Origin: Promethearchaeota archaeon | GTDB taxonomy: Archaea > Asgardarchaeota > Lokiarchaeia > Sigyniarchaeales > SOKP01 | Assembly (NCBI GenBank): GCA_016840085.1 | Contig: JAEOTA010000018.1 | Coordinates: 32,001-96,000 of the forward strand | Direction of reading: 5' to 3' | Length of the DNA: 64,000 bases | Shown: piece by piece, positions 10,639-20,687 of the stretch | How positions within the stretch are numbered: the first letter of the stretch is position 1 | How the letters are laid out: the number at the start of each line of letters is the position of its first letter | Made by a program: the position numbers and the translations under genes | The notes under the pieces: model-generated | Database searches by the model: none | What the model was told of the DNA's origin: nothing | What the model saw: the letters and a program-made list of their open reading frames with translations, nothing else

Positions 10639-10699
10639 GAGTATCGAATCTAGTCACATTAATATTATTAACAAGTGTTTATGTTATTAAATTTTTAAC

Positions 10700-11974
10700 T
10701 CATATAGTTTTTGCTACTTCTCTACATAATAAAAACACCGCAATATGATGAGGAACTTCGATTATTTCACCTTTATTGTAAGGGCCAAATTCCTCTCCCT
10801 TTATTTTAGTCATTGGTACTTTAGTTTCTGTAATTTCTAATTTTTGAGATTTATTACTTTTAAACACAATTGGATCACACTTTTCATTTTTTTCATCTAA
10901 GGGATTAAAATCGTCAAATTCATCTGGGAATATCTCCTGAACTTTAAATCCTGTCTTGCCATGCAATGATCCTGGATATCTAATAAGTCTATGAATATCA
11001 ATCGTTACTGGTGTGTCAATTTCTATTCCAATCTCATGAACTATACCTGTTAAAAATTTATTCCATAAAGTTAATCCAAAACCTTCAATTGTCCATATAT
11101 TTTTATTATTTCTATTAATAATTTTTAAGAAATCATTTTTAAAACTAAGAAAACTTGTTATTAATTTTTGATTAAAATGAAATTTTCTTTTATCTAACAA
11201 TAAATTTTGAATTTCTAAATCAGGTTTTGTTAAGATCTCTTCAATTTTTTGAATAATTTTTTGACTCCATCCAATATTTTGTTTTGAAAAGCCAAATATA
11301 TTACCTCCTTTCTCTTGGAGACCTAAAATTTCAAATGATACATTTTCTCCTGTAAGGTAATCTGTGATTTCTCTTCTTTCTTCTGTAGATAAAGTTCTAA
11401 TCTTTTCATTTTCAATCTTTAAATGATATCCTCGATGACCAGAGAATGTAATTTTCATCTGATCTATGTCAATTCCAAAGTCTGGAATTAAGAAATTATA
11501 AATTAATCTCAGAATTTCATTCTTAGCTATCTTTAAACATTCTTCACATATCCAATTTAATCTACTTATTTTTAATTTATCACAGTATGGACACTTTCTT
11601 GGCATTCCCATCCCGGTTTTTCCACATTCTTTACAAGCCCAGAGATCATGATCTTCCTTACAAGGAGTATAAAAATGATCAACATCAATATCAATGATTA
11701 AATCACATCCTTGATAACCTTTGGATTCCATATTTTGATTTTCTGGTTGTGTATATATAGAACCACTCATATACGCATGACGTGGAGAATTACTTGTAAA
11801 ATAATTTCTTAGTGTTTCTTGAGAATTAAAACCGATATGCCTAATCATAAAGAATTTTTCCCAAGGGATAAAACCATACTCTCGCTGCTCAAAAAGGTTA
11901 ACTATAGGAATCTCAGATTGCTTTTCTTTATAATAAGCTTGAAATAAGCGTCTTAAATACGTTCTATCAATCAT
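10700..11974 (-). CDS. priS: DNA primase catalytic subunit PriS
   Basis: REYGF, DLIIDIDVD, FSGHRGYH, IDTPVTIDIHRLIRYPGSLHGKTG. Confidence 0.96.
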   Translation of the reverse strand: MIDRTYLRRLFQAYYKEKQSEIPIVNLFEQREYGFIPWEKFFMIRHIGFNSQETLRNYFTSNSPRHAYMSGSIYTQPENQNMESKGYQGCDLIIDIDVDHFYTPCKEDHDLWACKECGKTGMGMPRKCPYCDKLKISRLNWICEECLKIAKNEILRLIYNFLIPDFGIDIDQMKITFSGHRGYHLKIENEKIRTLSTEERREITDYLTGENVSFEILGLQEKGGNIFGFSKQNIGWSQKIIQKIEEILTKPDLEIQNLLLDKRKFHFNQKLITSFLSFKNDFLKIINRNNKNIWTIEGFGLTLWNKFLTGIVHEIGIEIDTPVTIDIHRLIRYPGSLHGKTGFKVQEIFPDEFDDFNPLDEKNEKCDPIVFKSNKSQKLEITETKVPMTKIKGEEFGPYNKGEIIEVPHHIAVFLLCREVAKTI

Positions 11975-13155
11975 TTTTTCTTTCGGGATTCATTTTTTAT
12001 AAAATTTTTTTTCGAAGATTTAAATTGATTAAATTGAACATAAAATAAAGGATGTGAAATCTGTTTTTGGACTGCTAGTTTTTTAGAAAAATATCCTTCT
12101 AAACAGAGAGTATCCTTATATTGTTTTGCCATGCATAAATTCATAGATTTTAAAGATTGACATGAATAGGGAGTATAACCCTTTTTAATTGCATATCTAA
12201 CTTGATAAGCTGTTTTATCTCTATCAAAATCAGGGAGTGATGAAAAAACGTTAATTATCTCATCTTCAGGATATTTAAGAGCATTTAAAAACCAAGTTAA
12301 AAAAAGTCGCTCAGTGTGTATTAGATTTTGTCCTTCTTTTATTTTAGTATGAATCTCTTTAATACAAGGAGGAAAATCTTTTGAAATATCCTTTCCTTTT
12401 TTAAATCCAACTTCAAAAGAATATTCAAATTCTTCTTTCATTAAATCCCATTTTGCATTTATCTTCTCAAAAATAGTTTTAAAATTTTGATTTTTGAATA
12501 ATTTATCTTTAAACCTACTTAAATTACGATTATCTCTCTTATTATTCATTATAAATTTATTTCGGACGTATTCTTGAATCAATCTATTAAGACTTTTAGA
12601 GGGGATAATTACATAACCATTAGATACAGGATTATTAACTAATTTTCGGAATTCATCTTTTAAACGAGATGATAATTTCAAATAATCAATAAAGTGAATT
12701 TTGAAATTTGTATCTTTTATTTCTATTTGATCTTTTAATATAATTTTCTTGTAAATGATTGGTTCTTGCTCATAAATAACATCTAAATTCAAATCTTGGT
12801 AAATATAATATAAATTATAATCACTTTCTTTATTCAATTCATTATAAGTAGTTTTTGAGTATATATTGGCAACTCTGTTAGTAATAACTTTATTATCTAA
12901 AACATATAATAGAATTCTTAACGATAAGTATAAGTAAATATTTATATCATCTTGGGTATAGTTAGGAAAAATTTCTACATTTTCAAAAGATAATTCGAAT
13001 ATATTTAAGATTCTTTTATTTACATCATAATGATTATCAGATGAGAATACTTCGTTTATAAAGTCGACGGGGTCTTTTGCTTCTATATCAGAATAATATT
13101 CTTTTAAAGAAGGGAGCCAAGGATAATGTTTAACTAATTCAAAAAGACCACTCAT
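11971..13155 (-). CDS. priL: DNA primase large subunit PriL
   Basis: FPPCIK, HTERLFL, PDFDRDKTAYQV, YSCQSL Fe-S domain. Confidence 0.93.
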   Translation of the reverse strand: MSGLFELVKHYPWLPSLKEYYSDIEAKDPVDFINEVFSSDNHYDVNKRILNIFELSFENVEIFPNYTQDDINIYLYLSLRILLYVLDNKVITNRVANIYSKTTYNELNKESDYNLYYIYQDLNLDVIYEQEPIIYKKIILKDQIEIKDTNFKIHFIDYLKLSSRLKDEFRKLVNNPVSNGYVIIPSKSLNRLIQEYVRNKFIMNNKRDNRNLSRFKDKLFKNQNFKTIFEKINAKWDLMKEEFEYSFEVGFKKGKDISKDFPPCIKEIHTKIKEGQNLIHTERLFLTWFLNALKYPEDEIINVFSSLPDFDRDKTAYQVRYAIKKGYTPYSCQSLKSMNLCMAKQYKDTLCLEGYFSKKLAVQKQISHPLFYVQFNQFKSSKKNFIKNESRKKK

Positions 13156-13308
13156 TGTTCAATAAAATTACTAAATTTAAGAATTATTATTTAGCTTCTA
13201 AAAAATTTGATGCTATTAAACTTTAATAAATTAAGAGTAAAAAGATTTAATGATAATTTTAATGAAACTATTAATTATGTAATAATTGAAAAGTAAAGAA
13301 AAAAACGA

Positions 13309-14112
13309 TTAGAATTCATCCATATCTTCATCTTCGTTAAATTCTTCTTCTTCTACTCGTGGTGCAAGGAAGTAATTTAATTCACCACCCTCAAGAAGAT
13401 CAAAATCCATCTTTAATGGATGATCAGTCTTTAATGATATCTCTAACTTTTCGGTAATTGAAGCAATCTTTAAAATGGCTTTTAGAAAAGTCAATGAATA
13501 TGCTCCTGTGCTAGTGTCGCTCAGGTTGCTTTCGATTAAATCATCTTCATTAAGATCATAGACCATTTCCCCTATTTGACCTGAGGAGCTAAAAACTAAC
13601 CCTTGTCCTTCGGTTGCATTTATATTGAGAATTTCCGAATAAATCTCTGCATCTTTAATAGCTTCAACTAAAAAGTTAGGTTCTATTACCCATTTTGAGG
13701 GATATTCTATTTCTAATAATCTATCCATGGGAATTTCCTCAATATCTATATCCAATAGAGCTAAGCTAAAAGTTCTAGTTCGAGAAACTCCTTCTCTTTG
13801 CATTTTTATTTTTATTTTTTGATCTACCTCTTTAAAATCAATTTCAACTGAATCATTAAGAGCACTTCTTTTTAGAATTTTATCTAAATCATCCAAATTC
13901 AGACCAACTTTAGAGTCTTTACTGCATTTATACTCATCGAAATTTTCTTTTTTAATTGAGAGTTTGAGTAAACATATTCGACTTGGATCCATTGCTGATA
14001 TTGTAAATTCTTTAGGAGTAACTCGAAATTCTGTTTCATCTATAATACTCGCAAGAGTTTCTACAATTCCTTTCAATATCCGACTATTTTCCAACTTTAA
14101 CGTAAAACTCAT
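13309..14112 (-). CDS. pcn: DNA sliding clamp PCNA
   Basis: AMDPSRICL, YSLTFL, YFLAPRVEEE. Confidence 0.97.
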   Translation of the reverse strand: MSFTLKLENSRILKGIVETLASIIDETEFRVTPKEFTISAMDPSRICLLKLSIKKENFDEYKCSKDSKVGLNLDDLDKILKRSALNDSVEIDFKEVDQKIKIKMQREGVSRTRTFSLALLDIDIEEIPMDRLLEIEYPSKWVIEPNFLVEAIKDAEIYSEILNINATEGQGLVFSSSGQIGEMVYDLNEDDLIESNLSDTSTGAYSLTFLKAILKIASITEKLEISLKTDHPLKMDFDLLEGGELNYFLAPRVEEEEFNEDEDMDEF

Positions 14113-14283
14113 ATTCTTTCAGCAAATATATTCAATAATAATTAAGATAATTATGTTTTATTGCCATTATTAATAATATTTAATATTAGTGTTTTAATAA
14201 TACTTATGTTTGGTATTAAATCAATTATTTATACTTATCTTAAATTTTCACATTTATATTAATGATTTTTATATAAAGAAAAA

Positions 14284-14604
14284 ATGTCAAATCAATACGC
14301 AAAGCAAAGAACGATAAAAGATATCGAAAATAATGACGAAAGGATCCAAGTTACAGGATATATTAAGGATAAAACTAATAATGAGAATATAATAATCGAT
14401 GATAAAACGGGAATAATCAAAGTAAAGATAACTGAAATTGAAAAGTTTACTTATGATGTAAATGATTTAATTAATGTTATCGGGGATTTGGAACTACACA
14501 CAGACGGAGAAAAAGTAATCGTTGCCCAGTTTATTCAAGATATGAATAAATTGAACTTTGAATATTATCAGAAATTATATGAACTTAAAAAAGAACTTGA
14601 GTAA
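14284..14604 (+). CDS. Small OB-fold protein, RPA3/RPA14-like
   Basis: IQVTGYI...IIDDKTG...VIG OB-fold pattern plus C-terminal helix LNFEYYQKLYEL; divergent from PCNA. Confidence 0.7.
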   Translation: MSNQYAKQRTIKDIENNDERIQVTGYIKDKTNNENIIIDDKTGIIKVKITEIEKFTYDVNDLINVIGDLELHTDGEKVIVAQFIQDMNKLNFEYYQKLYELKKELE

Positions 14605-14617
14605 TGGAGTATAAAGT

Positions 14618-14956
14618 ATGGCTGATTTTTGTCCTGAGTGTGATAATTTACTCCGAAAGAAAAATGAAAATGGGAAAATATATTTGGTATGCAAATGCGG
14701 TTTTCAAAAAGAGCTAGAACAGAATAGTGAGAAACTTAATTCATCCATTCAAAAGAAAAAAATAGATTTAGAAAAAAATCTTATCATCATTTCAGAGGAA
14801 GATAAAGTTTCCGTGAATCTTAAGACTAAAAAAAATTGTCCTAAATGCGGTTTCACGGAGGCTGAAACCTGGCAAGTTCAAATAAGAGGTGCCGATGAGC
14901 CAATGACTCATTTTTTTAAATGTTTAAAATGTAAATATACATGGCGTGAAAATTAA
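14618..14956 (+). CDS. tfs: Transcription cleavage factor TFS (RpoM/TFIIS-like)
   Basis: FCPECDNLL...CKCG and CPKCG...QIRGADEPMTHFFKCLKC. Confidence 0.93.
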   Translation: MADFCPECDNLLRKKNENGKIYLVCKCGFQKELEQNSEKLNSSIQKKKIDLEKNLIIISEEDKVSVNLKTKKNCPKCGFTEAETWQVQIRGADEPMTHFFKCLKCKYTWREN

Positions 14957-15117
14957 AAACTTCTGTTTTAATAAGATTATATTACCCTGTATAGTTAAAT
15001 TATCGTGAAAGGATGGTTTTACGAAGATCGAAGATATTTATTTCTATAATTTAATTAACAAAATCTGATTTCAGGATAATACTTCTGAAGTTATTTAGTG
15101 TTTTCGTGAAAGATTAC

Positions 15118-16581
15118 TTATATCTCTTTTTTAGGCAATCTATTTCTGAAACCTACTGACTTTAGTTTTTGAAAACCAAAAAAGATAATTAATGGAATAA
15201 TGTTCAATATAACAAAAAAAATAAAAATTTCAGGATGAAATATAACTATATCAGGACCAATATTTCTCTCTATTATTATGACTTTCATATCTTCAGGTAT
15301 AATATTACATAAACATAAAATAAGATAAAAATAAATAGTTAACAAAAAAATCACGATATACAATATTAAATTGTTTAATTTTGATAGCTTTCTTTTTTTA
15401 ATTTTTACAATGAAAGACAAATTCTTCTGGATTAAATCATGTCTATCTTCTTTAAAGCCATATATTATGAGGGATAAAATGACTAACAGGAATATTGGGT
15501 ACAAAACTAATAAAAATATTGAAAATTCTTGAAAAATTAATATAATAATATCATCTCCATAGAAGATACATTTAATCAGAGCATAAATCAATAAAATTGC
15601 TATAATACTTTCTAATATTTTTAATAAATGAATTATTTTTGATACTCTGCTTATTTTATGTTCTAAAAACACTTCCTTAAGAGAAATAGGAGCTTTTTCA
15701 AAAAATATAAAACTAAAAATTAGTAATATCAAAATTATTTCAAAAAAGAAGAAATGGGTAATAGTTAATCCAATATCCCAATGTAAAAAATATTTTAAAG
15801 AAAGAAATAATCTTAGTAGAATCATAACAAAATAAATAATTAAAAATGATGGAATTAACGACTTGTATTGATTTTTCGGACTTAAAATCGTAATAGAAAA
15901 CATTACTATAGTTATTAAAATCAAAGAAACTTCGGGATCTGCAATAATGTAAGGATAAAGAGATATTTTAAAATGAATAAAATATATTATGATCGCGGTT
16001 AAAAGTAGTATTGAATAAAGAGAGAAAGAATTTATTTCACCTATTCTTTGGTTTCTGCTTTTTTTTAGCGTTTTTTCATATAAAAAAAATCCTAAAAAAG
16101 AAACACCAATCATAAATAAAATAAGTATTATTGCTATCAAATTTAGGTAATACCCAATTAAATATTGTATATCTGTAATATATACTTCCGGAATACCTAT
16201 ACAAGGAGGACGTGGATATCTATGAAACCTAATTATATATTCAATTATGATAGAGAAACTTAGGATTCCAAAAATTATTAAAGATGAAAAAGTTTGAGCT
16301 TTTTTTTCTTTCCAAGAGAAAATCGATATTATTACCATTAGCAATCCATAGATGCCACCAAATAATAGAGAATAGTAAGTATAATAGTAATAACCATTTA
16401 GGTTAAAAGGATAATAAATAAATCTATCTTTACGAACAAAACCTCCTAATTTTACTAAATACCATGGAAAAAATAATGAAAGTATTGAAAGGGAAAATCC
16501 AATTACTCCTGCAATTAAGGAAGTAATTGTAATAACTTGTTTGATCAATATACTTGATTTTAATATATTTCTGATGGACAT
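15118..16581 (-). CDS. Hypothetical polytopic membrane protein
   Basis: 487-aa highly hydrophobic ORF, no recognisable motif. Confidence 0.7.
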   Translation of the reverse strand: MSIRNILKSSILIKQVITITSLIAGVIGFSLSILSLFFPWYLVKLGGFVRKDRFIYYPFNLNGYYYYTYYSLLFGGIYGLLMVIISIFSWKEKKAQTFSSLIIFGILSFSIIIEYIIRFHRYPRPPCIGIPEVYITDIQYLIGYYLNLIAIILILFMIGVSFLGFFLYEKTLKKSRNQRIGEINSFSLYSILLLTAIIIYFIHFKISLYPYIIADPEVSLILITIVMFSITILSPKNQYKSLIPSFLIIYFVMILLRLFLSLKYFLHWDIGLTITHFFFFEIILILLIFSFIFFEKAPISLKEVFLEHKISRVSKIIHLLKILESIIAILLIYALIKCIFYGDDIIILIFQEFSIFLLVLYPIFLLVILSLIIYGFKEDRHDLIQKNLSFIVKIKKRKLSKLNNLILYIVIFLLTIYFYLILCLCNIIPEDMKVIIIERNIGPDIVIFHPEIFIFFVILNIIPLIIFFGFQKLKSVGFRNRLPKKEI

Positions 16582-16764
16582 AAAATCTAATTTCTTTCAA
16601 TAGAATCTTTAAAATAAAAGTTGATAATGTGCTATATAAAATTAATCTTAAATGAAAGAAAATTTCATATTATTGAATAACCAAATGTTATAGAATTGAT
16701 CCAATTAAGATTATACAAAAAAAGTATAAATCTAATAGTCATTCTTAAAAACTTTTAATAACTT

Positions 16765-16971
16765 TTAAGAAAGAACTTCTAAGATTTTAGTAAGAATTCG
16801 CGCTTTACCGCCAGTTGACTGGAGTAAAGTCTTTCCACATACCAAACATTCTACATCTGTTGCAGCACACCCAAAAATAATTTGTTGATTCCCACAATTT
16901 AAACATTTTACTCGTAAAAATCTGCTTTTTGGTTGTGGAATAAGTTCTTTTGGTTTTTTATAATGGGGCAT
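16765..16971 (-). CDS. rps27e: Ribosomal protein eS27
   Basis: [20 protein letters not shown]...CLVCG...TGGKA. Confidence 0.97.
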   Translation of the reverse strand: MPHYKKPKELIPQPKSRFLRVKCLNCGNQQIIFGCAATDVECLVCGKTLLQSTGGKARILTKILEVLS

Positions 16972-16994
16972 TTATACTTCCTTTTTAATTATAA

Positions 16995-17276
16995 TTATAC
17001 TTCTTGTAATTCAAAACGTTTTACACGATAAGATTTGGCATACTGTTTATTACCACATTCAGTACATTCTAAAATGGGAAGGCTCTTCTTATTAATTTTT
17101 GCATTCTTATGAAAAATTTCTTTAGGGAAACTTCCGTAACCTTTCTTATGACGTTCTACCCTTCTACGGCCTTGATTTAACATCCGTTCTTTTCCCTTTT
17201 TGTACAATGATACATTATGAATTTGATGAGAACGACATTTAGGGCAGTACCGTCGTATAGTCCGCGGGAATTTCAA
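16995..17276 (-). CDS. rpl44e: Ribosomal protein eL42 (L44e)
   Basis: RRYCPKCRSHQIH...KGYG...LECTECG; TTG start after GGTGG. Confidence 0.96.
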   Translation of the reverse strand: MKFPRTIRRYCPKCRSHQIHNVSLYKKGKERMLNQGRRRVERHKKGYGSFPKEIFHKNAKINKKSLPILECTECGNKQYAKSYRVKRFELQEV

Positions 17277-17434
17277 TTTTTCAAACCACCAATATCTAAT
17301 TACCTTATGTAATTATTTATAAATTATAAATTTTATTAGTTCTGCTTCTTTCTTTGAATAACCTTGGTTTAATAAAAAACCATTTAAATCTTATATTCAT
17401 AATGTTAATAAAAACATGTTCAATTAGAATTCAA

Positions 17435-18352
17435 ATGTTCAAAGAGAAATTTAACGAAGGAATAATAAGTGCCAAGCAATTTGATAGGGAAGATATTGAA
17501 TATATCTTAAATAAAGGTAAAGAAATGATTCATATTAAAAATTCAAATCTTCTAAGGGGAAAAATTCTATCTACATTATTTTTCGAACCATCAACTCGTA
17601 CTCGTCTAAGTTTTGAATCTGCCATGTATAGACTAGGAGGTAATGTAATAGGCTTTCATTCTGGGAATGTGTCTTCTATTAAAAAGGGAGAAAGTATTGC
17701 AGATACAATTAGAACAGTAGAAAACTATAGTGATTGTATTGTGATCAGACATTCGCTAGAAGGCGCCGCTACAATGGCTGCTAAATTTGCAAAAGTTCCG
17801 ATAATCAATGCTGGATCTGGAAGTGGAGAGCATCCTACACAAGCATTATTAGACTTACTCACAATAAATGAGGAAGTTGGCTCACTAGATGGATTAAATA
17901 TAGGTTTAATGGGAGATCTTAAGTATGGCAGAACTGTACATTCTCTTTCGATTCTATTATCAAATTTTGATGTAAATATTTACTTCATAAGCCCCTTAGA
18001 ATTAACAATGAGAAATCGGGATAAAGATTTTTTACTCACCCGGCAGGTTAAATATAAGGAAATTACAAATTATCGTAAAATTTTGAACATATTAGATGTT
18101 CTATATATGACTAGGATCCAAAAGGAGAGATTCATTGATTTAGAGGAGTATGAAAAAGTTAAAGATTTCTATAATTTTAGAGAAGATGATCTTGAAGATA
18201 CAAAAGATAATTTTAGATTATTGCACCCTCTTCCGAGAATTACCGAAATTTCTCCTGAAGTAGATAATTCTGAGAAAGCTATTTATTTCAAACAAACATA
18301 CTACGGCATCCCTATGAGAAAAGCAATTTTGGCAGAGTTGATGACGGATTAA
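17435..18352 (+). CDS. pyrB: Aspartate carbamoyltransferase catalytic subunit
   Basis: FFEPSTRTRLSFE, HPTQALLD, GDLKYGRTVHSL, TRIQKERF, HPLPR; ATG at 17435 preferred over TTG 17354. Confidence 0.97.
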   Translation: MFKEKFNEGIISAKQFDREDIEYILNKGKEMIHIKNSNLLRGKILSTLFFEPSTRTRLSFESAMYRLGGNVIGFHSGNVSSIKKGESIADTIRTVENYSDCIVIRHSLEGAATMAAKFAKVPIINAGSGSGEHPTQALLDLLTINEEVGSLDGLNIGLMGDLKYGRTVHSLSILLSNFDVNIYFISPLELTMRNRDKDFLLTRQVKYKEITNYRKILNILDVLYMTRIQKERFIDLEEYEKVKDFYNFREDDLEDTKDNFRLLHPLPRITEISPEVDNSEKAIYFKQTYYGIPMRKAILAELMTD

Positions 18353-18386
18353 AATTAATGATTCTCTTAATTCTTGATTAAATTTA

Positions 18387-20372
18387 TTACACAGAATAAT
18401 TATTCAATGTAAACGCACTTATTTTTGAATCTATTAATTTGCTGAAGACTTTAGTTAATGAAATTTCATCAATATTGAAATGATTGTTAAAAACTATTCC
18501 ACCATTCAGTATTGTTTCGAATTTTTTGAATAGGACGATCTTCTTATCTAATGATAAGGGGGAATTTTTTCGAATAATTGTTGAAGAATATGATTTGATT
18601 TTTTCTTCATTTAGAGTTATTCCATTATACCATGAGTCTTTTAAATACATATCGTTGTGAGGTTGACTGAGAATATAATAATCATTATCCTTTTCATTAT
18701 TTTCATTAATAATTTGTCTTATAAGAGATAATATTTTTAAGGCGAATGATGTACTATTTTTAGTTCTATCAAGTTCTATTCCACAATGATTTAAAATTGC
18801 TTTATTTAAGCCGAAAAAACTAATTGATTTTACAGCCTGACTATATATTTCTTCTTCAGATTTCTCAAAAATCTGTGAGGTTAGGGAATTCCACTCCCTA
18901 ATAGATTTTAATTTCTTTCTTACCAGTGATTCTTTAAACTTAAATAATTCAAAAATAGAAACTAATTTTTCTTGTAATAATTCAAAAAATAAGTCGTCAT
19001 TGTGGTTTGATTCAACTGAAATCATATGTAAATTTATTAAAATCTTATCTAGTATAATCCTATTTTCTTTAGGATTCTCTATTTTAATTAAGGTCGAATT
19101 TAATAAATCAGAAGAAGTTTTATGATAAAATATTAAATTTTGTTCAAATAATTTTGAAAGATAGTTTTTAACAGAACTATTTTCTAAATCTGATTGAGCT
19201 ATTTTGGCATAATCAAACAATATTAAGGGTTTATTATGGATATTTTTTTGTTTAGTTAAGGAATTAAGAATATTATTATTAATTTTAAAATGAAGAGAAC
19301 TCTCATTAAATGAATCCGCGTTAGAACAAAATTCTAACGATAAATGAATTTTATTATCATCAAGAAAATTATTAAATCCAAACATTTGGAAGGCTAATAA
19401 GTCGAAAAAATATAATTTGTGTTCTGGTAGATCAAAATGTGAAAGAAATTGGTTGTTAAAATCACCTAATAAAAGATCTTCAGAAAAAAATTGTTTTAAT
19501 TGATATAAAAGATGGAAAAATTTAAGGAGTAGATATGAATAATCTCTACTTTTTTCTATTTTAGTAGGGAGAATAGAATTTTTCTTAAAAAGAAAAGACA
19601 TTAGATTTTTAGTATTTAGATACAAACTTAAGGGTCTTAGACTCCAGTAGTTCAAATTTAAAAGCGCAATCTCTCCTGTCAAGTATAAATCTGCTAGGTT
19701 TTTTGGAAGGAGATTTAAGAGTAAAAACTGCTCAGACACATCGGAACCCAATCTAGTAATAAAATTCTCAGGAGTGATCTTGGTAATGTTCGAATCAAAT
19801 AATTGAAATGCTTCGGATGGAGGTGTTCCTAATCGAGTAAGTTTATGTCTAACTTCTTCTAAACCATTTTCTAAAAGAATTGCATTAATATATTCACGCA
19901 TTAATGGTGCTGTCATATAATCTATATTAGTCTTTGAAAGACGTTCTTCTACTTCATGGACAATTTGTTTAGCTAAATAACGCTCTAGTTCACCCTCGTT
20001 TACTAAGTATTCTTCAATTTTCTTTATATCAAACTTTTCTTTAGAATATTTTGAAGTTCTAATCATTCTTACTTTGTTTTGATTAATAAGAATTTGCTCA
20101 ATCGATAAAATATTATTTAAAATTTGCTCTCCCAATAAAGATATTAAATATCCTTCTTCAGAGGATTGAATTAATTTGCTCCTTTTTAAGGTTTTTAAAT
20201 GGAAAGACAAATTAACAGAAGAAAGATTAATTCCTAAAACTTCCTTCTGAAGCTTTGAAAATGGGATTGGTATTTGAGTATTTTTTAATTTTTTTAAAAT
20301 GTCAATCCTAACCTTTTGGCCTAATGTTTTTAATTGTTTTTCTAAAAGGGTTTGGTTTTTGTCGGTATCCAC
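18387..20372 (-). CDS. ArsR-type wHTH + ATP-cone + degenerate class III ribonucleotide reductase (NrdD-like) fusion protein
   Basis: RIDILKKL...LSFHLKTL wHTH; IRTS...FDIKKI...TAPLMREYINAILLENG ATP cone; TRLG, SISFFGLN, LNGG NrdD remnants; no glycyl-radical loop. Confidence 0.8.
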   Translation of the reverse strand: MDTDKNQTLLEKQLKTLGQKVRIDILKKLKNTQIPIPFSKLQKEVLGINLSSVNLSFHLKTLKRSKLIQSSEEGYLISLLGEQILNNILSIEQILINQNKVRMIRTSKYSKEKFDIKKIEEYLVNEGELERYLAKQIVHEVEERLSKTNIDYMTAPLMREYINAILLENGLEEVRHKLTRLGTPPSEAFQLFDSNITKITPENFITRLGSDVSEQFLLLNLLPKNLADLYLTGEIALLNLNYWSLRPLSLYLNTKNLMSFLFKKNSILPTKIEKSRDYSYLLLKFFHLLYQLKQFFSEDLLLGDFNNQFLSHFDLPEHKLYFFDLLAFQMFGFNNFLDDNKIHLSLEFCSNADSFNESSLHFKINNNILNSLTKQKNIHNKPLILFDYAKIAQSDLENSSVKNYLSKLFEQNLIFYHKTSSDLLNSTLIKIENPKENRIILDKILINLHMISVESNHNDDLFFELLQEKLVSIFELFKFKESLVRKKLKSIREWNSLTSQIFEKSEEEIYSQAVKSISFFGLNKAILNHCGIELDRTKNSTSFALKILSLIRQIINENNEKDNDYYILSQPHNDMYLKDSWYNGITLNEEKIKSYSSTIIRKNSPLSLDKKIVLFKKFETILNGGIVFNNHFNIDEISLTKVFSKLIDSKISAFTLNNYSV

Positions 20373-20687
20373 TTTTCTTTTTGAAATTATATTCTTTCTT
20401 TAAATATGCTTATCTAAATAATATGTTTAATAATTATATAAAAATTTAGGAATTTTCTAAATAGTCAATGATTTTAGATAATATGTGGGTGATATGAACC
20501 TTTCTTTTAAGAGATTAAACATTATAGTTAAATTATTTTCGTCAAAAAAATATTTAACTTCTAAATCTCATCTTTCCACATTATTGTAATTATAAAAATT
20601 GGACTCCTTTTTGATTAAATTTCTTTTTATGTATTAAAAAATTATAAAAATCATTTTTAAAATCTTTGATAAAAGCGTGAAGTTTAA

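Noticed and set aside
15003-15112. Two small hairpins and a repeated TCGTGAAAG between tfs and the membrane gene
   Set aside because: Short and compatible with ordinary 3'-end structures of convergent genes.
18387-20372. Annotation as an active anaerobic ribonucleotide reductase NrdD
   Set aside because: The glycyl-radical loop, Zn site and catalytic Cys are not visible.
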